Under the pieces are notes generated by a model that made no database searches, was not told the DNA's origin, and saw nothing but the letters and a program-made list of their open reading frames with translations. From Candidatus Zambryskiibacteriota bacterium (lineage in GTDB: Bacteria; Patescibacteriota; Minisyncoccia; Phycocordibacterales; WO2-35-19): 57,943 bases of DNA. Shown here piece by piece: positions 1-7,641 of this stretch. Location of the stretch: assembly GCA_016932555.1 (NCBI GenBank), contig JAFGCQ010000016.1, forward strand, positions 1-57,943, given 5' to 3'. The stretch's first letter is position 1. Every line of letters starts with the position of its first letter. Both the position numbers and the translations under genes were made by a program.

Positions 1-32
1 AGCTAAAAATTCAGTTAAAATCTATTCTTTGT

Positions 33-38
33 TAAAAT
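33..38 (+). promoter_or_regulatory. -10-like hexamer TAAAAT, 7 nt upstream of the ATG at 46
   Basis: 'gtTAAAATaaaaactATG' read directly. The geometry implies a leaderless or near-leaderless mRNA. Confidence 0.3.
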
Positions 39-45
39 AAAAACT

Positions 46-690
46 ATGAGATACGAAAATTTTGCGCCAGATGAACACTACCATGTGTTCGGTAGAGGTA
101 TAAATCAAGAAAAAATATTTATCGATAATCAAGACAAGGCTCGATTCACTTTTCTAATAACTCATTTTCAATCCCCCGCTCGCATTTATAATATCTCTTG
201 GTACACCGATGCTTTCATTAAAAAGGGTTCTTTTAACTTAAAAGAAGACCGAGTAAAAGAAATTTTAAAAAAGAGAAGTATAGAACTTATATCTTTTGTT
301 TTAATGTCTAATCATTTCCATATTTTAGTACAAAATCTACAAGATAAAATTCTATCAGTCTATATGCATCGAATCTTAACTGCTTATAGCAAATATTTTA
401 ATGCTAAATATAATAAAAAAGGTCACGTTTTTGAGGGACCTTTTAAAGCCGTGCACATAAAAAATAATAATCAACTTTTACATTTATCAGCTTACATACA
501 TAAAAACCCCAAAGAAATCAAAGAATGGGAAAACACTTACGATCAATATCCTTACTCAAGCTACCAAGATTATCTGGGTTCAAATAGGTGGGGTAAATTC
601 CTTTCTACAGATATTATATTGAAACAATTTAAAGACCAATCTAAATACAAAGAATTTGTAACTTTCAGCACCGCTAAAGAATTTTTTTAA
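46..690 (+). CDS. IS200/RAYT-like Y1 (HUH) tyrosine transposase family protein
   Basis: 214-aa ORF with ATG start. HUH motif in 'LMSNHFHILV' and catalytic-Tyr context 'LSAYIHKNP', as in IS200/REP-associated tyrosine transposases. No terminal hairpins visible in the 45 nt upstream. Confidence 0.7.
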   Translation: MRYENFAPDEHYHVFGRGINQEKIFIDNQDKARFTFLITHFQSPARIYNISWYTDAFIKKGSFNLKEDRVKEILKKRSIELISFVLMSNHFHILVQNLQDKILSVYMHRILTAYSKYFNAKYNKKGHVFEGPFKAVHIKNNNQLLHLSAYIHKNPKEIKEWENTYDQYPYSSYQDYLGSNRWGKFLSTDIILKQFKDQSKYKEFVTFSTAKEFF

Positions 691-2141
691 TTGAGCAATT
701 TCTCTAAAATATCTTTTAAAACCTGAGGATTCGCAGCACCCTTACTAGCTTTCATGCCCTGCCCCACCAAAAATTGCAGAGAAGAAGTTTTACCTTTTTT
801 ATACTCTGATACAACACTTTCATTTTCAGATATCACTTGTTTAGCTATCTTTTCGAGTTCTGTTTTATCACTTTTTTGGAACAAACCTGTCTTTTGAGCG
901 ATGATTTTAGGATCTTCATCGCTCTCTATCATCTTAATTAATATGTCTTTCGCACCCCTTGATGATATTTCTCCGGAAGCAGCCATTCTTATAAGGAATG
1001 CTAGTTTTTTATCATCTATTTCTAAACCCTTTTCGCCTAAACTGGCTATATCACTGACTATATAATTAGAGAGCAACTGAAAACTATTTTTATCTTCCAA
1101 ATTTTTGACAGTTTTTTCAAATAAGTTTCCTAGAAGAATATTGGATACATAAAAATCAATATCACTAGTTTTTATAGCATAGTATTTTTTAAATCTTTCT
1201 CTTTTTTCAGCTGGAGTTTCTTTTAATGAATTCGATAAAATTTCCTTACTAAATTCGCTCAATTCGCTTAATTTGAGTTTAGGTAAATCAGGTTCAGGAA
1301 AATATCTATAGTCGTGAGAATCTTCTTTTGATCTCTGAGAAAAAGTAGATTGTTTATTCTCGTCCCAACCTCTAGTTTCCTGCTCCACTTTTCCTCCATT
1401 CTCCAATAAATCAATCTGCCTTTTAATTTCATATTCTATCGCTTTTTCAGCCGCCTTAAAAGAATTAAGATTTTTTATTTCAACTTTAGTGCCAAGATTG
1501 TCATCTTTGCTGACAGAAATATTAGCCTCTAATCTCATCTCCCCTTTCTCCATATTAGCCTTTGATACGCCCAAATATTGTAGAAGTAATTGAAGTTCTT
1601 GGCCAAATTTCAATACTTGTTCTGAAGAATTTATAACCGGTTCGGTTACTAATTCCATAAGCGGCACTCCGGCTCTGTTAAAATCAACAAAAGACGAATC
1701 ACGAGTCATAAGATTTGAGCCACGATCTTTTTCTTCGTCACTCGTGCTTCGTGCTTCGTGACTCGATTTGGCTGTGTCTTCTTCTAGATGTATTCTGGTC
1801 AATTTAACGCCTAAAAGTTCACCCCCCGAAACCAAGGGGTGTTTGTATTGACTGATTTGATACCCCTTAGGAATATCGGGATAAAAATAATTTTTCCTAT
1901 CAAACTCTGTAAAATCGGCCAATTGTCCGTTTACTGCCAAGCCCACCCTCAAAACCTGCTTTACTGCTTCTTTGTTTATGACTGGTAGTGTTCCCGGATG
2001 ACCCATACAAATCGGACATATATTTATATTCGGCCTTTTCTCATCAGGATCATTTTTACAAGCACAAAACATCTTGGTTTTAGTCCTAAGTTCCGCATGT
2101 ATTTCTAATCCAATGGTAGGTTTGTATTTAACATTTTTCAT
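687..2141 (-). CDS. gatB: Asp/Glu-tRNA(Asn/Gln) amidotransferase subunit B
   Basis: 484-aa ORF. 'KPTIGLEIHAEL', 'CPICMGHPGTLPV', 'RIHLEEDTAK' and 'DFNRAGVPLMELVTEP' are hallmark GatB motifs, and there is a C-terminal YqeY-like tail. 4-nt convergent overlap with 46..690. Confidence 0.95.
   Translation of the reverse strand: MKNVKYKPTIGLEIHAELRTKTKMFCACKNDPDEKRPNINICPICMGHPGTLPVINKEAVKQVLRVGLAVNGQLADFTEFDRKNYFYPDIPKGYQISQYKHPLVSGGELLGVKLTRIHLEEDTAKSSHEARSTSDEEKDRGSNLMTRDSSFVDFNRAGVPLMELVTEPVINSSEQVLKFGQELQLLLQYLGVSKANMEKGEMRLEANISVSKDDNLGTKVEIKNLNSFKAAEKAIEYEIKRQIDLLENGGKVEQETRGWDENKQSTFSQRSKEDSHDYRYFPEPDLPKLKLSELSEFSKEILSNSLKETPAEKRERFKKYYAIKTSDIDFYVSNILLGNLFEKTVKNLEDKNSFQLLSNYIVSDIASLGEKGLEIDDKKLAFLIRMAASGEISSRGAKDILIKMIESDEDPKIIAQKTGLFQKSDKTELEKIAKQVISENESVVSEYKKGKTSSLQFLVGQGMKASKGAANPQVLKDILEKLLN
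1695..1765 (-). repeat. In-frame insert in gatB bounded by a 10-bp imperfect inverted repeat; its core is shared with secA
   Basis: Plus-strand 'cgaatcacga' (1695-1704) and 'tcgtgactcg' (1756-1765) are inverted repeats (9/10). The enclosed coding sequence gives 'SHEARSTSDEEKDRGSNLMTRD', which is extra relative to the short EEDxGK...DxNRxG spacing I recall for GatB. The core aligns with secA 11441-11497. Confidence 0.5.
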
Positions 2142-2154
2142 AACTTATATGTAA

Positions 2155-2183
2155 AATATAAGCCAATTTTAGTTTATTTGCAA
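2155..2183 (-). promoter_or_regulatory. Candidate sigma70-type promoter for gatB (TTGCAA-17-TATATT)
   Basis: Minus strand reads 'TTGCAAataaactaaaattggctTATATTttacatataagttATG'. Confidence 0.3.
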
Positions 2184-2271
2184 AGTTACTCAAACACAAA
2201 TTTTATAAAACACCAGTGTCAAAGGTAGCCCTTGACAGATTTGACTAATTTAAAATAATCAAGATGGGAAA

Positions 2272-3123
2272 TCATGGGCGGAAGACAACGCGAAAATCGG
2301 CCGTATTAGTGACAGGAGTGGTATGGAAGTATGAACAAGCGTAAATGCCAGCCCGCCTCGCATTAGTGCTGTAGAACTGCTCGGAAAGCCATTCATAAGT
2401 TCCAACATTACAAGTTATCACACTGTCCGCCCGACCGATTTGAACTCCATATTTACCAGCCGTTTTGGAATCGGTGCCATCGCCGCCCACATCAAAAAAG
2501 TCATTATGAGTCGGCAGACGAGTGCCTTTCCATTCAAGAAGAATTTTGGGCGTTAAAGGACCATTATGACAATCATCATAATCCGGAGCAGTACAGGTAG
2601 CATCGGGCGCGGTATAGCCATAAGACTCCACTTCGGCTTTGCTTATAAGATTGCGGATGCCATCTTTACAGTCCACAAGAGCCAAAGCCGTATTAGCGTC
2701 ATCACCATAACCGGCGTTTTCCACGACCAAACCATTCAACTGAGCATCAAAAGTTTCCAGATTGCTTTCAGAATCACTGCAAGAGTAGTTGCCTATGAAT
2801 GTGTTATCGTTGACGCTCGCGCTGTTATTCCACACTTTTGTACCCGCGGCATCTCGAGAGGGCTGTACACAAATAGGGTCATCAGTTACTCCGTTATAAT
2901 CACTGTCAGCTATCCAAGTCCAATCCGCGGCGGCGCAAGCGGTAGCATTAAGACCATCAATACCCGAGGGAGTATTGGGGTAAGGAGCTGAATAAGCGGG
3001 AGTAGCTGACCCGAGTTTTACTTTACCCTTAAAATTGAACCAAGCCCCTTGAGCAATATTAAAACCAAACATCAATACCAAAACGATTATTATCATAATG
3101 GCTATATTTTTGTTTTTTATCAT
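2272..3123 (-). CDS. Secreted/membrane-anchored Cys-rich protein of unknown function, possibly with a lectin-like C-terminal domain
   Basis: 283-aa ORF with an N-terminal hydrophobic anchor 'IAIMIIIVLVLMFGFNIAQG'. Many Cys residues. C-terminus 'W.GTRLPT...EW...FRVVFRP' is reminiscent of FGE-sulfatase/C-type-lectin-fold or DUF1566-like domains. G+C is much higher than in neighbouring genes. Confidence 0.6.
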   Translation of the reverse strand: MIKNKNIAIMIIIVLVLMFGFNIAQGAWFNFKGKVKLGSATPAYSAPYPNTPSGIDGLNATACAAADWTWIADSDYNGVTDDPICVQPSRDAAGTKVWNNSASVNDNTFIGNYSCSDSESNLETFDAQLNGLVVENAGYGDDANTALALVDCKDGIRNLISKAEVESYGYTAPDATCTAPDYDDCHNGPLTPKILLEWKGTRLPTHNDFFDVGGDGTDSKTAGKYGVQIGRADSVITCNVGTYEWLSEQFYSTNARRAGIYACSYFHTTPVTNTADFRVVFRP

Positions 3124-3187
3124 ATAATTTTTTTATTTTTAAGGTTAAGTAGCTTATAATAATTGAATTATGGCATAATGTAGTTTG

Positions 3188-5140
3188 TTATGCCCTATTC
3201 AGAGATTTATTTTTTTTACTATATTCTATTACCGTTCTGATAAATTCAGCGTGGCTCCAGGTTAATGGGTTAGCGGAAATAGCTTCGCCATTTTGGGGGT
3301 TAAGCTGTTCTGGCAACATACTGGCTTGGGCAAAATTAGCAACCCATTCTATATCTTTAATCACTTCTTCAAGTTCTGCTTGTGAATTAGCAACAGCAAT
3401 TTTATATTGAGCAAACCACAAAGTAGTAATGAGCCACGGGTTACCGACTGATTCTTGCCCAATATGATAATATCTATCACCTTCATAGCGAGCAATGCCG
3501 CCTATATTTATACCTCTCGATAATCTATCCTTTAGAATATTGAAAGATTCTTTCATTCTCGGATCATCACTAGATAAAACTCCAAATCTGAAAGGACCAT
3601 AAAAGTTACTTGCATCTAATCTTCTGTTTTTTTCTAATTTTTCGCCATCTACTAATTTCAAAAAGCATTTTTCTTGGTCATCCCACAGAAGACTTATTAT
3701 AGCTTTACGCAGTAATTGAGCTTCCGAATAAAAATTCTCTGCATCATCTTCTTTGCCCAAAGTTTTGGCAAAATTATACGCTGACATCAAGGCTCCATAA
3801 ACTAAAGAAGCCGTAAAGGGCGAAACTGAATATTCTTCTTCCCATAAATCATAACTTGGCAGTGGCAAGTTGGTGCTAATATTTTTATAACGGATCAAAA
3901 ATTCCGCCGCTCTTTTTATAAAACTGTTATAAATACTTTCAATAAATTCCAAATCTTTAGCTCTAATATAATGTTCCCAAAGACCTACTAAAAGCACTGC
4001 TGTCTCATCTTCTTGTATAGCTAATTGTCTTTTGCCATCTTTAACCCAAGGGTGCCAAGAGCTCCCCAAAGAATGATCAGGTTGATATTTATGCAAAACA
4101 TAACCCCCTTCCGTTAAAATATCATTAGCAAAAACATAAAATCTTTTAGAAATATCATAAAAACCGGCTAAATCAAAACTCCAAGCAGTAAAACAAGCGT
4201 CTCTTGGCCAGATATATCCATAAGTATCTCCCCCATATTGAATATTACCAGAATCAGCTGAAGCCAAAATCCCCCCCCGATTATCACAGTGGGCCCGTAT
4301 TACCAATAATGAATCATAAAATAATTTTTTTGCCTTTTCGGAAAGACCCTCAAAAGAAATCTCTACTTGACCAGTCCAAGCCCGCCAAAAATCTCCAGTG
4401 GATTCAACTAAATGTTCAGGAGTTTTTCTTAAAATATACTCCAGCAATTCTCCAGCTTCATTATAGGTTTCTGCTACTGCTATCCAATAATATAAAACTA
4501 TTGAACTGTTGCTCGAAATATCTCTATTCCAGCTAATGACAGAATCAACCATTCCATGTTCAATAGCATTTTTAGATAAAACCCCGTCTTCGGCGTCTCT
4601 CCAAGTGCCTTCTTTACCTTCTATACCACAAAAACCAATACTATAATCATCAAAAGATTTATCATCACAAACCCCGCCCACCAAAAAAACTCTTCTGCCT
4701 TTGTAATGAATAATGGACTGTAAACTACTTAAAAAATAAGCCGTATCCGCGTGATTAGTATCACTTATTTTAAATTGTTGATTTAAAAATACTTTTATAT
4801 TGCGAGGTCTTGAATCTTTATTAGTTAATGTTATCTTACGCAAAAAAATATTCTTCTCATTATAAACAATATCTTCAGATTCAATATAAATTTTATTTCT
4901 ATTATTAATCGCTGTCATCTTAGAAACCATAGATTGTTTTTCAAACTTAATATTTATCTCCCAATCTCCATCATCAGACCAAGATATATAATTATCGACA
5001 AAAACTCCAAGTTTATGAGCTTGGCCCCGACCGATATGATTTTCTTGTCCTACAAAAGGAAAATAAAAATCTCGAATCTGTCCGAATTCATCAAAACAGA
5101 CCGCTGTATTGCCATTACCTAAAACCATTGAGCGAGCCAT
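3188..5140 (-). CDS. Glycoside hydrolase family 15 (glucoamylase/glucodextranase-like)
   Basis: 650-aa ORF. 'YGYIWPRDA', 'LPEQLNP..G......PLTWSHAEFI' and the N-terminal 'GNGN....D..G.I.DFYFP' are typical of the prokaryotic GH15 family. Confidence 0.85.
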   Translation of the reverse strand: MARSMVLGNGNTAVCFDEFGQIRDFYFPFVGQENHIGRGQAHKLGVFVDNYISWSDDGDWEINIKFEKQSMVSKMTAINNRNKIYIESEDIVYNEKNIFLRKITLTNKDSRPRNIKVFLNQQFKISDTNHADTAYFLSSLQSIIHYKGRRVFLVGGVCDDKSFDDYSIGFCGIEGKEGTWRDAEDGVLSKNAIEHGMVDSVISWNRDISSNSSIVLYYWIAVAETYNEAGELLEYILRKTPEHLVESTGDFWRAWTGQVEISFEGLSEKAKKLFYDSLLVIRAHCDNRGGILASADSGNIQYGGDTYGYIWPRDACFTAWSFDLAGFYDISKRFYVFANDILTEGGYVLHKYQPDHSLGSSWHPWVKDGKRQLAIQEDETAVLLVGLWEHYIRAKDLEFIESIYNSFIKRAAEFLIRYKNISTNLPLPSYDLWEEEYSVSPFTASLVYGALMSAYNFAKTLGKEDDAENFYSEAQLLRKAIISLLWDDQEKCFLKLVDGEKLEKNRRLDASNFYGPFRFGVLSSDDPRMKESFNILKDRLSRGINIGGIARYEGDRYYHIGQESVGNPWLITTLWFAQYKIAVANSQAELEEVIKDIEWVANFAQASMLPEQLNPQNGEAISANPLTWSHAEFIRTVIEYSKKNKSLNRA

Positions 5141-5146
5141 ATGGAT

Positions 5147-5155
5147 ATTTTATCA
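5147..5155 (-). promoter_or_regulatory. Extended -10-like TGATAAAAT, 6 nt upstream of the GH15 ATG
   Basis: Minus strand reads 'tgTGATAAAATatccatATG'. Confidence 0.35.
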
Positions 5156-5159
5156 CAAA

Positions 5160-6419
5160 TTAGATTTCACTAAACCTCAGTGGTCGTACTTTATTCAAAG
5201 CAATTTGATATTCTTGTTTTTTCTTAGCTGCTTCTAGACGCAAACGTATATCTTGCAACACATTCATATAAGCAATAAAAGCTTCATACGGAGATTCGTA
5301 AGGTGAAAAATACTTATGGACATCGCCATCGTTCCACCATTTAGTGCACATATAATAAAAATGGTCACTAGTCTGTAAACGACGCCAATCTTCAATAAGT
5401 TCTGGATCATCAACATAAATAATCTCTTCTCCCAAAGAGTATAAGGTTTTTAAGGCCTCTTTTTGTAAATCATTAGACATCCAAGCTGATAAATCTCTCT
5501 CGGTATCGGCCCAAGAAACATAAAAAGGTACATCTAATTCACCCCTAACTTCATATTTCTCTATAGCTTCAGAGGGAGTTACAAAATCAATATCACCCCT
5601 TTCAAGGATAGCTCTCGGTAGATGACGCAAAAATTCAAAAATGCCTGTATCTTCCCATTGATGCTCGCCAAAAGTCTCATAATCCATAAAAAGATTTATA
5701 GTTTCGCCATTACCATTATGAGAAGCCACCCATTCAGTAAATTTAGGAGCAGTTAAGGGCCAGCCTTCCCAACTTTGCTGACTAAACCTGAAAGCAATAT
5801 CATCCGAAAGCCGATAATGCTTAAGTAATAATTTTATATTTTCACTACCTAAAGGTTTATAAATAAAAGCTGGAGAACGCCAATCTAAAACATGATCGGC
5901 TCCTTCAGCTAAAATGGCCTTATAGCCCATTTCTTCAGCCATCTTGGCAATTTCATTAGAATAAATAAGTTCAGTATTACGGAATATAGAAGGTGTTACT
6001 CCAAAAAGATCTCGAATTTTTTTACGATGAAGTTTAATTTGATTTTTAAACTCTTCTGGAGAATAGATAGAAGCTAAAGAATGATGATAAGTTTCTGAAA
6101 GTAGTTCGACATTACCTGTTTCTACTAAAGCTTTAAAAGAATTTATAACTTCTGGTGCAAACTTTTCAAATTGCTCCAAAGCTACCCCCGAAATACTGAA
6201 ACTCGCTTTAAAATCGGGATGATTTTTTATATTTTGGAGCAAAACAGCATTAGCTGGTAGATAGCATTTATGAGCCACTTTTTCAATAATGGCTTTATTA
6301 TCTAAACTGGTACCACTATTATCGTTAAAATAATCACTATTTTGACCAACATCAAAAACTCGGTACTTTCGCACTCTCAAAGGCTGGTGGACTTGGAAGT
6401 AAAAACATACTGAAAGCAT
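5160..6419 (-). CDS. Glycoside hydrolase family 57 (alpha-amylase/alpha-glucan-acting enzyme)
   Basis: 419-aa ORF. N-terminal 'CFYFQVHQP', 'FMDYETFGEHQWE' and 'SWADTERDLSAWM' are GH57 signatures. Confidence 0.85.
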   Translation of the reverse strand: MLSVCFYFQVHQPLRVRKYRVFDVGQNSDYFNDNSGTSLDNKAIIEKVAHKCYLPANAVLLQNIKNHPDFKASFSISGVALEQFEKFAPEVINSFKALVETGNVELLSETYHHSLASIYSPEEFKNQIKLHRKKIRDLFGVTPSIFRNTELIYSNEIAKMAEEMGYKAILAEGADHVLDWRSPAFIYKPLGSENIKLLLKHYRLSDDIAFRFSQQSWEGWPLTAPKFTEWVASHNGNGETINLFMDYETFGEHQWEDTGIFEFLRHLPRAILERGDIDFVTPSEAIEKYEVRGELDVPFYVSWADTERDLSAWMSNDLQKEALKTLYSLGEEIIYVDDPELIEDWRRLQTSDHFYYMCTKWWNDGDVHKYFSPYESPYEAFIAYMNVLQDIRLRLEAAKKKQEYQIALNKVRPLRFSEI

Positions 6420-7635
6420 CGTCTAAAGAATTATACACTGAAATCAGGGATTCTGCCGCCTTTTTCCAGTGGATATTCTTTACTTCTTTATTGCCATTTT
6501 CCGAAAGATAATTACAAAGTTTATCGTGACGTAAAACTGAAATTACTTTATCACTCATATCATCAACATCCCAAAAATGGGATTTTAATATGTTGCTGGT
6601 TATTTCGCTTACTCCTGATTCTTTAGAGATCAAGGCGGGAGTACCGGATACCATGGTTTCAAGAGGTAATAAACCAAAAGGTTCTGATACTGAAGGCATA
6701 ACATAAATATCAGAATCTCTATATATAGTTGCCAATTCTTTACCTCTTAAAAATCCGCAAAAAATAAATTTGGAAGATAATCCTCTTTCTGCAATCATTC
6801 TAATCATTTGCCCTTCCATATCTCCGCTACCAGAAACTATAAAATAAGTATTGGGTTCATGTTGTAAAACTTTCTCAGCCATTTTTACGAAATAATCTGG
6901 ACCCTTTTGAACAGTAATTCGGCCAGCAAATAATACGATCTTTCCTCCGTTATCTTTTATTTTTTTAATAAATTCGGGAACATCAGCATCACTTTTTTGG
7001 AATTCTACTCCATTATGGACTACTTTTATCTTCTCACTAGGTATGCCATATTTATTAATTACTGTATTCTTAACCCGATTAGAAACAGTAACAATAGCAT
7101 CTGCCTTACGGTATCCTTCTAGTTCAACATTATAGACCTCTTTATTTATATTATCTCCAGCGCATTGGTCAAACTGAGTAGCGTGAACATGAACAACCAG
7201 AGGTTTACCAGAAGCTTCATGTGCAGCAATACCGGCTGGGTAAGTTAGCCAATCATGAGCATGAATTACGGAATGTTTATTTTTTCTAGCAATAATAGGT
7301 ACCCGAGAAGCATAAGCTTTTACTCTTTGCATTAAACTACCGGATATAGACTTTGGTAATCCGTATTGGTCAATTTCAGTATTCCGGCTGTGGCTTTGGT
7401 AACCTGAAAATAAATCTTTTATTTGCTCTTCGTCAATATCGGATTCGTTAGCAAAAACAAACTTGCACCAAGGAATAGAGATCGGCAGCTTAACAGGCAA
7501 GACAAAAGTCAGATCTACCCCGCTTGAAACCAAAGCCTTTGAAAGGCCCTCACAAGCAACACCTAATCCCCCACTGTTGAATGGCGGAAATTCCCATCCG
7601 AACATTAAGACACTTGGTGATTTTTGACTTGACAC
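6352..7635 (-). CDS. Glycogen-synthase-like glycosyltransferase (GT4/GT5, archaeal-type)
   Basis: 427-aa ORF (GTG start in the track; ATG alternative at 7605). 'FGWEFPPFNSGGLGVACEGLSKAL' resembles the FE(F/Y).P...GGL motif of glycogen synthases. C-terminal GT-B 'PS..EPFGL..LE'. 68-nt overlap with the GH57 gene. Confidence 0.7.
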   Translation of the reverse strand: MSSQKSPSVLMFGWEFPPFNSGGLGVACEGLSKALVSSGVDLTFVLPVKLPISIPWCKFVFANESDIDEEQIKDLFSGYQSHSRNTEIDQYGLPKSISGSLMQRVKAYASRVPIIARKNKHSVIHAHDWLTYPAGIAAHEASGKPLVVHVHATQFDQCAGDNINKEVYNVELEGYRKADAIVTVSNRVKNTVINKYGIPSEKIKVVHNGVEFQKSDADVPEFIKKIKDNGGKIVLFAGRITVQKGPDYFVKMAEKVLQHEPNTYFIVSGSGDMEGQMIRMIAERGLSSKFIFCGFLRGKELATIYRDSDIYVMPSVSEPFGLLPLETMVSGTPALISKESGVSEITSNILKSHFWDVDDMSDKVISVLRHDKLCNYLSENGNKEVKNIHWKKAAESLISVYNSLDDAFSMFLLPSPPAFESAKVPSF

Positions 7636-7641
7636 TTTATT

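Noticed and set aside
2272-2420. The C-terminus of the GC-rich secreted protein as a diversity-generating-retroelement variable region (lectin fold, '..FRVV' ending).
   Set aside because: There is no reverse transcriptase, no template repeat matching this segment anywhere in the window, and no obvious AAY/NNY codon bias when I translated the last 60 codons. It remains worth a genome-wide TR/RT search.
2566-2991. Antisense or internal ORFs inside well-supported genes. Examples: 2566..2991, 4204..4536, 8862..9083, 10292..10585, 17262..17522, 22002..22355, 32585..32932, 46422..46706, 55781..56107 and similar.
   Set aside because: Each lies opposite a long ORF with clear family motifs, has a low-complexity or unrecognisable translation, and has no independent start or terminator signals.
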